From Eledone cirrhosa (taxonomy: Eukaryota): a DNA stretch of 64,000 nt. A program made the position numbers and the translations under genes. Shown here piece after piece: positions 32,692 through 45,449 of this stretch (positions within the stretch are counted from its first letter, which is position 1; every line of letters starts with the position of its first letter). The notes below the pieces were generated by a model. It was not told the origin of the DNA. It was given only the letters and a program-made list of their open reading frames with translations, and searched no databases. The stretch spans positions 402,442,001 through 402,506,000 of the forward strand of contig OZ024740.1 in NCBI GenBank assembly GCA_964016885.1, read 5' to 3'.

Positions 32692-33911
32692 GCGATGAAA
32701 TACCAATGATGGTTGGCAAATCACTGATGAGGGACTAATTTTATAATATGTAATCAATGTGCAACCATGCAGTATTCTTCTTCCCTCTTTTTCATATATA
32801 TATACATATATATATTAGTAGGTGTATGTGCATGAACATATCATGAGCCCATTCGCAGTTATATCCATATATAGGGTTACAAAAGATCTTATACACAAAC
32901 ATACAGGCATAAAGAATGGACGCAGAGTGAGAGAGAGTGAGAGTGAGAGGGAGGGAGAGAGAAGCAAATGTTTATGCAAAGAGAGTGGGCAATAAAAAAT
33001 AAAGGCTTATTTATTTAATTATTCATTTAGTTGCTTATTTAACCCTTTTTGGATCAATTTAATCTGCCAATCAAAACAGATTACAAGAGAAATGCATAAC
33101 GCTATCACGTGTCGTCTGCTAAAGACCGGCAAACGCAGTATAAATTCTAGCTGTTGGCAGATTGAGTAGTCGACTGAGTTTGCAATGGTTATTCTTTACA
33201 ACACTGCCTTTTGTCGTTGCAGCTTCAAGCAATTCAGTCAACTGGCCTGCCAGCCAACTGGTCAACCAGACATGCTATCAAACCAACAGCCAGCACCGTC
33301 ACCAACCATATGTTTTTTTTGTTTGTTTGTTTCTTTGATTTTTATTCACTCAGAAATACTTCTCCAACAAAGCCTCGCCCAGTCATCTCCAAGCTCTTAG
33401 CTCCAAAATATCGTTTCTGTCTCAGTCATAAGAAAGACGCTTTTCAGAATACTAATCAGTAAATGGGTTTCTGTTGCCGAAGGAAATGTACACTTTTGCA
33501 GGATGTGTATTTGTGGATATGGAAGTGCGTGTGTTTATATAACGGCTTTTGAATGTGTTTATGCATAAGAGGAAGAGGGATAAAGAGAGAAGAGAATGAG
33601 ATATAGAGGGAGCAGAGAGAGGGCGAGAGAGAGAGATATTATAAACGGTTTTGCGTTTTCTATCGCTGTATATTTAAAGGTATTTGTGTCGATGTTGTAT
33701 GGGAATCGTATGAGTGATTTGTTTCTATGTATTTTTATATTAAGTTAAATTTTGTATGCATATGTATCTATATGTGAGCATGTGCATCTATATGTGTGAA
33801 CACGCAAGTGTGTAGTGTTACTTGTGTGCATGTGTTTCTGTTTCTGTAAGTTAGTTAGTATTTATTCTATATGAACGTGGTTGTCAGTATATTCATCGAC
33901 CAAATGCGCAA

Positions 33912-33953
<42 letters not shown>

Positions 33954-34089
33954 TTGCGTGTGTGTTTGTTTGCGCGCTTGTATGTGTATATGAGTGTGTA
34001 TTTGTGGTACTCTATCTAATTTTATGGAATAGGAAATAGATGAAAATAAAATTGGAAAGCTACAAAAATAAATAAACCTCTTCTCTGGA

Positions 34090-35170
34090 TGGAAAATAAG
34101 GAAAACATTTAGTTGAAAGGATTAATGCGACAGTGAGAGAAAAATGAGGAGAAGAGAACATTACAGAGAAAAAGAGAGAATGATTATAGAGTGAGTGAAT
34201 GATAGAGAGAATTATAGAGTTAGTGAAAGAGGGCTGAATGTAAAGATGGAGGTGGAATGAGAAAGAGAGTAAAGAGGAAATGAAGAAAGAAATGAAGAGA
34301 GAGGAAAGACATGACTGAAAAGAGGAAGAGGAAAATGTAGAAAGGAAGAGATGCAACAATAGAGAGGGAAAAGAGCAAGTGTACGAGAAAGAGAGAGTGA
34401 GAAGAGCATTGCGAGAGAGAGAGAAAGTGGGGAGAGAGAGAGAAGAGCACTGAGAGAGGGAGAGAGCAAGAGTAAGAAGTGCATTGAGAGAGAGAGAGAA
34501 AGTGGGAGGAGAGAGAAAGAGAGAGAATAAGAAGTACATTAAGAGATAGATAGAGAGAGAGATAGATAGTGAGAGCACTGAGAGAGAGAGAGAGCGAGAG
34601 TAAGAAGTGCATTGAGAGAAAGAGAGTAAGAAGTGCATTGAGAGATAGAGATAGATAGAGAAGAGCGAGGGAGAAAGATAGAGAGGGAAAGTGAGAGAAA
34701 GAGAGCAAACGAAAAGGATTAGATTGAGATGAGAATGTAGAGAGAGAGAAACCCGTAAAGAAATAATGAAAATATGAAATATAATTGAAAGAGAGGAATA
34801 AGAAGGAATATAAGATGAGCAATGTATCGGGGACGGGGGGGGGGGGGCGTAAGGGAATAATAGGTAAGAAAGAGGATATGAGATACAGACATGTTGATTC
34901 ATATAAATACAATAATTGGCAAAGAGAATGACAGCAAGCGATCGAAGAAAGATTCTACTTGAGAGACAGAAAGGGAAGATAGAGAATACAATTGGGAAGT
35001 AGACCTATAAATATAGGCAGATAACTTATAAGTGGCAGGGAGGTAGAAAGAAAAAATATAAAGATAGCAGGGGCAAATATACATTCACAGTAATAACAGC
35101 AAAATGAAAGAGAAAAAAAAAGGTTGGAGGGAGAGGGAAAGAAAGAAAGAGAGAGAGGGGGGGGGGTAAA
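34090..35170. repeat. Purine-rich (GA/GAA) low-complexity tract with a recurring GAGTAAGAAGTGCATTGAGAG motif
   Basis: Almost all A/G on the plus strand. The motif is seen near 34470, 34600 and 34625. Confidence 0.8.
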
Positions 35171-35274
35171 GAAGTATGTTGGATATGTTGACTGAAATAA
35201 AAAAAAACAGGCGTTCTGTAGGAATTATTCAGTGATGGAGAATTAATGAGACAAAGCTTAATTAAACAAACTGA

Positions 35275-35330
<56 letters not shown>

Positions 35331-35534
35331 AAAAAAGACATGACCCTGACGGCAGAGCTCAAGCCGTTTCGACCTATTGATAGGTGACGCGCGTTTCGCC
35401 ACTGATCAGCTCAAGGTTCGATCTATATCGATACTACCCGACTCAATAATCCGCAGCTCGACGGACCCTCATAGCGCTTTAAGAGGGTCCGTCGTATATA
35501 TATATACGTCGTATATATATATATATATATATAT

Positions 35535-36198
35535 CTCACAGTTGGGTGCGGATGCATTCATGTATATATGTGTGTGTCCGCATGTATCTGTGTGTTTCTA
35601 AATATATTAATAACTCCCTCTGGTCGAGCAATCTTTGAAGTGTGGGGACAACTGGAAAGCTTCCATTACTCATACTTCTCGCCTTCTTCACTACCTCTTC
35701 TACGGCCTCGATGTGAATACCCCCTCCGCCTCCGTGGTATTTTCTTCGTGGTTATAGGAGGCTTAGCTCTGTTTCTCGACCGTTATATCGCGTGACTATC
35801 TCCCCCTCCGCCTTTTGGGATTCTTTCTCACGTCGTGTAGACGCGTTCTTGAGACTAGTAAAATGAGGTATCCTCTTGATAAGTCGGCAGACCTCGCAAG
35901 GACTCTATATCTTTGATATATTGTTTTTGTTTATGCAACGAAACTACGTAGTCGAGGAGTTTAGGAACAGTTTAGGTATGATACATTTTATTACTAATTA
36001 TATCTAAATGTTTCTTCTCTCTTCATAATGTATTTTTAACTCTGATACTGGTTCAGTCTGGTTCAAACTGAATTGGTCTGTCCCGGTCATTCATTGAGCA
36101 ACATCGGTGAAGTTGGCACCCTTAACTCACAGTTGGGTGCGGATGCATTCATGTATATATGTGTGTGTCCGCATGTATCTGTGTGTTTCTAAATATAT

Positions 36199-36200
<2 letters not shown>
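35535..36200 (+). mobile_element. Non-coding element with 75-bp terminal direct repeats (period 591 bp), inserted in (TA)n and carrying a degenerate hammerhead
   Basis: CTCACAGTTGGGTGCGGATGC...TCTAAATATATTA is identical at 35535-35609 and 36126-36200. TA runs lie on both sides. A hammerhead-like motif lies at 35871-35958. Confidence 0.8.
35871..35958 (+). ncRNA. Degenerate type I hammerhead ribozyme
   Basis: TCCTC (stem I), TTGATAA (two changes from CTGATGA), extended stem II ending TGCAAC, GAAA, CTACGTAG, TC, then GAGGA (perfect stem I partner). ACTACGTAGT is a 10-nt palindrome. Confidence 0.6.
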
Positions 36201-36235
<35 letters not shown>

Positions 36236-36327
36236 GTGTATGTAAAAGGGAAACAGAAATAACAACACAATCGGTACAGTATATGGAAGGGATATATTAG
36301 GTTAACGCATTATATAGCAGGAAGAGT

Positions 36328-36366
36328 GTCTTAACGTTTCGGACGCTAATCCGTCATCAGAAGAAA
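36328..36366 (-). ncRNA. Candidate minimal (dimer-type) hammerhead ribozyme
   Basis: The minus strand reads TCTT CTGATGA C GGA-TTAGCG-TCC GAAA CG TT AAGA. Cores are intact, stem I is 4 bp (TCTT/AAGA), and the palindrome AACGTT replaces stem III. Confidence 0.65.
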
Positions 36367-36445
36367 TAATGAGAAATAAGATAGATTGGGCGGGATGAAA
36401 TTGGAAAAAATGTCTTTAGATAAAAATAACAGGTTCATTCATGTT

Positions 36446-36549
<104 letters not shown>

Positions 36550-36654
36550 TATAATCTTAATTTTTAAGGTTACATAGTGAGACTTGTTCCTTTGGAGTTT
36601 CGCCTGTTTATCGTTGGGTCATTAGACAAGAACTGATTATATATATATATATAT

Positions 36655-37024
36655 GTAGAAGTGGTATTTAATATGTTGGAAGTCCGACAAATATAAATGT
36701 TTATAACTGATTTAGAGCACTCAACAACTTACTGGAGTAAATATTCAATGATATTAAATAAATGGAAACTCCTGAAGAATTCCATTATTTAGCAATCAGT
36801 TATAATTTAAAGTGCTCAACATTAAAGGAGCTATTTATAAGTAGAAGTGGTATTTAATTTGTTGGACGTCCGACAAATATAAATGTTTATAACTATTTTA
36901 GAGCACTCAACAGTTTACTGGAGTAAACTTCTACTTATAAACAGCTCTTTTAATGTTGAGCATTTTAAATTATAACTGATTGGTAAATAATGGAATTCTT
37001 TAGGAGTTTCCATTTATTTAATAT

Positions 37025-37030
<6 letters not shown>
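36655..37030. mobile_element. Short element with an ~87-bp direct repeat (period 186 bp) plus an ~100-bp inverted segment, flanked by (TA)n
   Basis: GTAGAAGTGGTATTTAA...TTACTGGAGTAAA occurs at 36655 and 36841. 36929-37030 is the reverse complement of ~36746-36847. Confidence 0.85.
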
Positions 37031-37081
<51 letters not shown>

Positions 37082-37239
37082 TACGCCTTTATATATATAT
37101 ATATATGCAATGTTACAAATATAAGTCAGATTTCTTTCAGACTACATATTAAAGGTTGCGCACTCACAAACACACATACATATATACGCATTTATATATG
37201 TATGCATTTTATTTTTGTGAAGTGAGATTCCTAGTCTTC

Positions 37240-37450
37240 ATTAGGAGAAGGTCACTCTGATATAAAACCTGTGACTTCGTTAGCATCCAATGATGTAGAC
37301 AAGTTCTTCTTTTTGTGCAAATGTATTTGATGTTCAGAGAGAGGGATTGACCCCGTGCAAAGCCTTTCTTCACTTAAAAACCCCCAAGAACAGGCATCGC
37401 TTGATATATGACATTTTTTGCGCTGCATAGCATTGCTGGCCATAGTTAAG
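37240..37450 (+). mobile_element. Diverged copy of the RTE-like LINE 5' region seen at 63750-64000
   Basis: Colinear shared motifs TAGGAGAAG..ACTC, ATAAAACCTGTG, ATGATGT, CCGTGCA.AG.CTTTC.TCACTT.AAAA and ACAGGCAT.GCTT. The RTE assignment rests on recalled 5'UTR motifs. Confidence 0.5.
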
Positions 37451-37635
37451 TCCCTAGCAGGACTAAAAAGCTACGTCCGTGATGTTCAAGCTTTAGTAAC
37501 AAGTGATGGCATTACTCGAAATCGAGTTGCAGCCATCATCATGTATGTATGTACAAGCAGCTGAGGTTATAAGTTGTCCTAAATCGAATGGTCATTCTCG
37601 TTTTTCTTTTTCTTCAAAATTGCAAAAAGAAGGGC

Positions 37636-37673
<38 letters not shown>

Positions 37674-37744
37674 TTCTTCTTATTATTATTATTATTCTTT
37701 TGTTTCTTCTTCTTCTTCTCCTCCTCCTCTATCTCCCACTCCCA

Positions 37745-37776
<32 letters not shown>

Positions 37777-37779
37777 ATG

Positions 37780-37824
<45 letters not shown>

Positions 37825-37955
37825 GGAGAGAGATAGCCGAAATACGATTCTAGCTAATTTATATTACATATATAGATATATAGATAGATAGAGAGAGAGT
37901 GAGAGAGAATGGGAGAGAGAGATATGCATATGTTGGATATTTATACTGCTGCATC

Positions 37956-37989
<34 letters not shown>

Positions 37990-38205
37990 TTGTGTGTGTG
38001 CGTGTTTGTGTGTGTGTGAGGAGACTATGGACTTCCAGTAACGTTGATTAAATTCTGGATTTAGGAATTTTTTTTGTTCCAGACAAGCGGCAAAATACTT
38101 CCAATAAAAAAATTAATTACAAAGTTAAAATTCGGACATTGTGATGTCTTCAATATCACATTTCTAAAAAAAAGTGCACTCCACTTATAATCGACTATAC
38201 ATATA

Positions 38206-39240
38206 TATATAAATGAAAGGTATAGAAAGTATTGTAGCAAGAAACCAACCGTATTCCATAATATATAAGTGACTACAGCGTCAAAATGGGAAAATAGTTA
38301 ACGTAAGATGTGGCAAAAATAATTCAAACTCAATTCAAAAAGAAACAGGATATAGATTTATCCAACAGAATTTAGTGAAATCCAGGGAAAAATCAATAGA
38401 GCCTTAACTCATGATAAAATAAAGTTTAAAATACTCATCCCTCAATTTGGGACTACAAATGCTCTGTATAGTCTTGAAAAGGACTATTTCACGAAAGCTT
38501 TCAGTGGAGATGGTCGCGGTTGGAATACGATCATCAGCAGAGCTCAACATGATAGCCAGATTCTCACTGATTAATATGCCAAAAAGGGAATTTAAAAGCA
38601 GGCTAGTTTAACATCATGCGTGATTATGAAAATAAAACGCACATGTGGAAAAACAGGGCTGGTGACGTCAGAATGAGATGAATGTTTGTTTACATGAAAC
38701 AACGGTCAAAAACATTCCGAAAAAAACTCTACAATAAGGAGTTCAGCAAAAAGCAATACTATCGCGGTTTTTTTTTTTAAATACCGGGATTAGTCACAAA
38801 TAATTTAAGCACTCTAGGAAAGAAATCCGAGTATAAATATATAAATGAAAGGTATAGAAAATATTGTAGCATGAAGCCAACAGTATTCCATAATACATAA
38901 GTGACTCCAGCGTCAAAATGGGAAAATAGTTAACGTAAGATGTGGAAAAAATAATTCAAACTCAATTCAAAAAGAAACAGAATTTAGAGAAATCTAGGGA
39001 AATAGTCAATCATGATAAAATAAAGTTTAAAATACTCATCCCTCAATTTGGGACAACTAAAAATACTCCGTATAGTCTTGAAAAAGACTATTTCAAGAAA
39101 ACTTCCAGTGGAGATGGTCACGGTTGGAATACGATCATCAGCAGAGCTCAGCACGATAGCCAGATTCTCACTGATTAATATGCCAAAAAGGGAATTTAAA
39201 GCAGGCTAGTTTAACATCATGCGTGATTATGAAAATAAAA
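38206..39240. mobile_element. Non-coding partial tandem (two ~400-430-bp direct copies, period 632 bp) between (TA)n tracts
   Basis: AAATGAAAGGTATAGAAA...GCGTGATTATGAAAATAAAA occurs at 38211-38637 and 38843-39240. The second copy has small deletions. Confidence 0.88.
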
Positions 39241-39256
39241 ATATATATATATATAT

Positions 39257-39447
39257 AACAAAGGAATTGTGGTAAGGAACCTGATGGACCATAACGCACC
39301 AGAGTACCCAATACTTAGGGTAGTAGAGTGGGAAATAGGAAAAAGTATGACCCCGACGGCAGAGCTCAAGCCGTTTCGACGGCTATTTCTGGACAGAAAT
39401 AGCCGTCGAAACGGCTTGAGCTCTGCCGCCGGGGTCATACTTTTTCC

Positions 39448-39450
<3 letters not shown>
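39257..39450. mobile_element. (TA)n-inserted composite element ending in a 116-bp palindrome
   Basis: 39335-39450 has 57-bp arms, a 2-nt loop and one mismatch. 39257-39332 matches 47215-47290. The palindrome arm matches 35328-35373. Confidence 0.88.
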
Positions 39451-39479
<29 letters not shown>

Positions 39480-39705
39480 GGGGGGGGGGGGATGTTTAGT
39501 AGTATAGACGGGTGCGTGTGTATATACGCACAGAAATAAAAACATAAAAGCTGCTACAAAATCGGAAGGATTCGTTTAAGTTTATTTATAAAGAAACCAT
39601 TTTAATACACCCCAAGCAATCTAAAAAAAGAAAAGACGAATTATTTACAGCGAAAGATCATTTCTGGTTCAGAGCGTGGACATACGCACCCCCCCCCCCC
39701 TCACA

Positions 39706-39798
<93 letters not shown>

Positions 39799-40830
39799 AC
39801 ACACACACACATACACATATACACAGATATATATACTTAAAGTGTCACGTCTGCATTATTACACCAACAGCACAGACACACACTTTGTAGAACGAGGAAG
39901 ATAAAATACACACCGGATCGTAGATAACATGTTATCATTGATAAATCCTAAACGTAGTCTGTTGTGTAGCTGTTGTTTGTGCTAAATCTGTAGCGTATAC
40001 ATCTCGCGTGTGTGTTTTGTGTACGTGCGTTTGTGTGAAATAACAATATTGAAGTTACTTTTAGTACGTTGCAGTGTTAAACACATGAGTTGAATCGAAT
40101 CTGACATTGCAAGGTCAGGACTGGAACAGAGGGAATTGGTTTGTTTGGAGAAGAATAGCATCGTGAGAATTTCATGACTCAAATAAAAATAGAGAAGATG
40201 AAGTGGATGGACGGAGAAGAAAGAAGAGAAAAAGCCTATTACGAAAGTAGGAAAGAGAAGGAAGAATGAATAAGCTGCTTCGTTGTTAGAAATAAGGAGG
40301 AGATTTTAATACGTTTCAAAGTGATGGGGCGTGCATCCCAGATTGATCTCTGTTAATCAAATATAGTGATCACGCATATTATCAGCCATATAGTGTAATT
40401 AATGGGGTTAAGCCACCGGTTTTTTCTGTTGAGCCTCATGTGTAATGGGTCGCACTCTGTGTAAACGATGGTTGATTTAAAGGATACATTCAAGGGCATT
40501 GCTGTTTATCTGTGCATGTGTGTATTATATTCACACACTTGAACATATTGAATTATATATGAGTATACAAACCTCTCACTCCCTTTCTCTATCTCTTTCT
40601 ATCTCCCCTCTCTCTTTATATATATATATGAATGTATATGTATGTGTATTTGGGTATATATGCCTGGGATTTTTACACATGTAGAAACATTTTATGTTCA
40701 AATTACTTTCTTTCGTATACGCACACACACACACACATATCCGTACAAACACACACACGCACACACACACACACCCATATACATAATACTTGGATATCTA
40801 TATGTATGTATGTATATATATATATATATA

Positions 40831-40868
<38 letters not shown>

Positions 40869-41414
40869 TGTACGTGGGTGTGTGTAATATAACTACTTAT
40901 TTCAGTAAACATACACGGTCATACACATTTATCTGAGAGCTCAAATAGACATTCCGTTCATATAATAGAACATATCTGCTTCACTCTACATTAACAGAAC
41001 TTACAGTCGTGACAACCTAATTCTAGTTAATTTCACCTACAGTATATTCAACCAAGTTCTGGTTCAAACACTTAATGTTAAAATATACATTACTCTGATT
41101 AAGTCCATCTAGTTCAAATAGATATTTAAATGTATATGCTGACTGTCAGTGTAATATTGATAATACAATTAATTTACTTGAAATTCTAAGTTAGCTTCTT
41201 TCCAAGCGCGTATATAAGGTTTGTAGAAGCACACCCATGGTATATCCTATTATGATGACTTGTGTAATAAGACAATCTGAATATCAGTTATTACCAGGTA
41301 GGCTGGTTCTTTTGTATTCTCATTGCTCACCTGGAAGAGTTTGTCATAGAATGGTGCATTGGATATGAAGCTGATCGTCGCCCACGTCAATAGAATGGAT
41401 CATTCTTTAAGACA

Positions 41415-41448
41415 AGAAGAAGAAGAAGAAGAAGAAGAAGAAGAAGAA

Positions 41449-41480
<32 letters not shown>

Positions 41481-41490
41481 AGAAGAAGAA
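41415..41490. repeat. (AAG)n microsatellite, possibly the tail of a retroposon ending at ~41414
   Basis: About 25 AAG units follow unique sequence. Confidence 0.85.
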
Positions 41491-41774
41491 TTTATCATCG
41501 TTATTAAATGAGAAACTTCCATTTCAAGCTGCTCCTCTCCAAACAGAAATCAAGGGAGATAATTCCTATGATATCAGCAAAGGCAAATATATTAAAATGG
41601 TTAGTATAAAGGATTTTGTCCGGCCGTTTCAACAGCTACATCCGAACTAGATTCGTTGGGGTCCTGAATTGGAATAAAAAAATAAAGTAGGAAATGATAT
41701 TGGAATTACAAGATATGTTATAAAAAAGAAGTTTCAAATATATCCAAGAAAAAGTTTTGAATTAATTTCCTTTA

Positions 41775-41804
41775 ACCCGGGCAACGTCGGGTAATTCTGC
41801 TAGT
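41775..41804 (+). mobile_element. Helitron-type 3' terminus (5' end not located)
   Basis: GC-rich hairpin ACCCG-GGCAACGT-CGGGT, followed 7 nt later by CTAG and then T. This is the canonical Helitron CTRR|T end. Confidence 0.65.
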
Positions 41805-41945
41805 GTGCTATCTTGAGTTCAGTAGAGTGTATATTTATTTATTTGATAATTACTGTACACTTTTACACTCGTTTCAATACACGCATATATGTTCGAATGT
41901 GCGCGCACATATGTCAATTAGTTTGTGTGTGTGTCTCTCTCACTC

Positions 41946-42028
<83 letters not shown>

Positions 42029-43009
42029 AAGTGTGAGTTAATATGTCAGATAAACGGACATGGTAACAGGCTGCAACGATAGGAAGTTACAGATTCCTTT
42101 AATAGAAAAGGTCATTTTCAGAGGCCCTAAATCACTGCAAATAATCGCTATTCTTCCAATGAATGCACAAAAATAAGATTGATGATAGAAAACCTGATGA
42201 TATGTATCCATCCATTGAGTGAAATGAGGAAAGTGGTAAGATATTTACTATTGTCATTTTGGGGGAGTAACATATTGATATATCTTTATAATCTTATACA
42301 TTAAATCATATATTCGATAAGCAATCGACTCTCACCAGACACTCACATACACACAAACAAAAGTTATTTCATGTATGTATGTTTGTGTATATATATTTTT
42401 TTTTTCTAGTATACTTGATCTCGATGAGTAAATAGTTAATCGTTCCGTTTATATAACTATTACCTATATATTACCTGCCGGACACGCACGTTCAGAGATA
42501 GAAAGATGGAAACAGTGAAAAAGAGGGTGGTTAGAGAAAAAGGTGACAGGATAAAGTAAATTAGAAGATAAAGAGAGATAGGAAAGAGGGAATGGGTGAG
42601 AGATTAAGTAGTGAATAAATGTGAGATTAATAACAGGAAAAAGAGAGAAGCACACATAGAGAAAAACAGAAAGACAGAGGAGCAGATATGTGGATATATT
42701 TTAAAGAATCGAAAAGAAGTCACTAATAAGTATAACTGTTAATACGACGATATATAGAGTATGACCACAATATTTCCAGCATGTATGAGGTAATGTTTTA
42801 AAAAGATAGATATAAGAAAATAGTACATGTGTGAAAAAAGTTTTTATTAGCAACATAAATCACATAACGTTTATGTCACCAAATATATGTGAATGTGTGC
42901 ACAATATTCTGTTTTGGTTTGTGGTGAGGTGGCTTTGGGGAGGGGGATTTCAAATGTAGTCACTGGGGAATAACAACAGCGGTTGATATTTCATTTATTT
43001 GATAATACA

Positions 43010-43305
43010 TTTTGTTGTTGTTGATGATGATGATGTAAGTGGTGGTGGTTTTGGTGGTGATGATGGAGGTGGTGGTGGTGGTGGTGGTGATGGTGATGGT
43101 AGTGGTCGTGGTGGTGATGGTAGTGGTGGTGGTGGTGGTGGTGATGGTGGTGGTGGTGATGGTGGTGGTGGTGTTGGTTGTGGTTGAGATTATGAGATGA
43201 TAATGATGATGATGATGATGATGATGATGAAGATGAGGATTATGATGATGTTGACGGTCATGGTGGTAGTGGTGTGATATCGATGATGACGATGATGATA
43301 ATGAA

Positions 43306-43350
<45 letters not shown>

Positions 43351-43385
43351 AGTGATGATGAAGATAATGATGAAGATGATTATGC
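43010..43385. repeat. Compound trinucleotide tract (GTT/GGT/GAT)n
   Basis: Runs of GGT, GAT and GTT triplets. The Gly-rich ORF is an artefact of the repeat. Confidence 0.9.
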
Positions 43386-43536
43386 TGCAGTACTGAAGAT
43401 CACCCAACTGAGGCGAGTACTGTCAAATACGTGACATATCCCATATAGCACCCCAGGCCCAGAATTTCGATCTAATCTAAATTTACAAAAATTTCGAAGA
43501 TAAATTGAAATTTGCCCACAATGACAATAGTAAGAG

Positions 43537-43680
43537 TTTCAAACATAGGCTCAAGCCCAACAATTTTCGGGAAATGAGAACTCGGTTAAAATGATTCCGA
43601 TACTGGATTTGGGCTTCGTTTAATCGTCCTTGGAAGGATGAAAGTTAAAGCTTACCTCTGTGTTATTTGAACTCAAATCT
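43537..43680 (-). mobile_element. Old tRNA-derived SINE remnant (same family as 30421)
   Basis: AAGGATGAAAG and ATTTGAACTCA are reverse complements of CTTTCATCCTT and TGAGTTCAAAT. TTTCAAACATAGGCTCAAGCCCA matches the SINE tail in reverse. Confidence 0.6.
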
Positions 43681-44114
43681 TAAACTAAATGCATCAACAT
43701 ATTTTGTTCGACTACTTCTGTTTTATCTCTAGCAGTATTAACTGTATTGATAGTAGTATCGACGATAGTGATACTGATGATGATGATGATGATGATGGCG
43801 GCGGGGGAGGAGGAGGTGGAGGAGAAAAGAAGAGGGATTGGATAGAGATTTAAAGGACTGGAGGTATATATTATTAGTATTGTTATTGTATTTGTTGTGA
43901 TTGTTCCTGCCATTGTACATTTTAATATTGCTCCGTGTCACGCCACGAAGAGTTGTCTCATCTTAATTTGACAATACATCACGAAATAGCGATAGAAATT
44001 CCACAGCACACACCTGCACACATACACACACACGCGCGTACACGACCTTACATGTCCAGCCATAACAACACACAATATATATAAATGTTTATATATATAT
44101 ATATAAATATAAAT

Positions 44115-44151
<37 letters not shown>

Positions 44152-44159
44152 AACGCATA

Positions 44160-45240
44160 TTGGAAGATATATAATTTCGATTCAATATATTGCATCATTC
44201 AATACTGGGGTTATTACTTTATTAATTCTAACTTTGGTAAAGTTAACACATTTATCACTTTTATAATATACAAGTTCTGATGGGTCAACACATCCACAAA
44301 TAATAATCTGGGGAAATGTGTTACATAATAGATTGTTGGTTTCAAGAGAGACATTTCGCTTGTTTTTCATAGAAACTAACTGAGGCTATATAGTGGAGAA
44401 CGCCATTATATATTGGGTTGTAAATGTCTCGCATTACAAAAGACTGCGATTCTTAGAGCATATTTGTTTAAGTAGCGCAATGTTTGTTTTTCCCGGCAGA
44501 GAAGCTTTTGTTTGTGGTTGGCAGAGATATTTCCTCCGCTCCATTACGCGAACCGAAAACGTGTAGAGTGCCTCAAATATCTTGGTTTAGAAATCATCAA
44601 TACAAATAACGTTTTGTTAGCGAAGAGTAGAACCGAGTAAGGAATGGAACATGCATGGGCTGTTTTGTTCAGTAAGTTCAGTAGTTGTAGAAAATATAAT
44701 TTGGCGTAAATAATGGGATTCGAAAGTATAAAATTACTGTGAACAATTATAAACCCTATTCTGCTGAAATTGTATACTTCTATCCTTGGTGAGAGAAAGC
44801 TACAATGACAAGCATAATTTATATCCATGGATAATAAATCTATTTATTGTAATGATCTTTTTACCGTTGCATAATATAATCCATCCCGTATGTATTTAGC
44901 GACGGAAAAGTGTTGTAATGTTTTTATGATACTATTCAACTGTTAAATGTAATGTTACCTATTTCAGTATATATACTGTGAGCACGTTTAATAAAATGAG
45001 ATATTTGATACTTACATTGATTCATATGGGCTGTTGTAAATTCGCACATGTTGGTGGAAATGCTTTTCAAAAATAGCTGTTTTGATGTTATCTTGGGGGC
45101 ATATGATTTGTGCGAATATTTATATAATCGAGTATTCCTTTTCTGGGAATAAAGTCCCTCATGACTAAATTACTACCCTTTTTGTTTTGAATAGTCAAAA
45201 TAAAATAGAAAACCAAACCATTTGGCATGTCTGGTCGAGG
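44160..45240 (-). pseudogene. Highly decayed Penelope-like reverse transcriptase
   Basis: Motif remnants occur in PLE order on the minus strand: RLYKYSHKS, IYNSPYES, ITTLF, SNFILSN..YFLQ, CIDDF, SDKCVNFTKVRI. Many stops and frameshifts. Confidence 0.45.
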
Positions 45241-45449
45241 TACATTGTCACTTTACTGTAAATTGTACGTTTACTGTAAAATGTCACTTAACTGTAAATT
45301 TGATCTAGTAAATTACTGGTGTTCATGGGTACAATAAACAAAGGTGTGTGAACTCAGCATGTTAATATTCAAAACTAAATTACTACAAATTATATAATTA
45401 TATAATTATACAAATAATGTTTAATAAATTGTAATATTTATTTTAGTTG

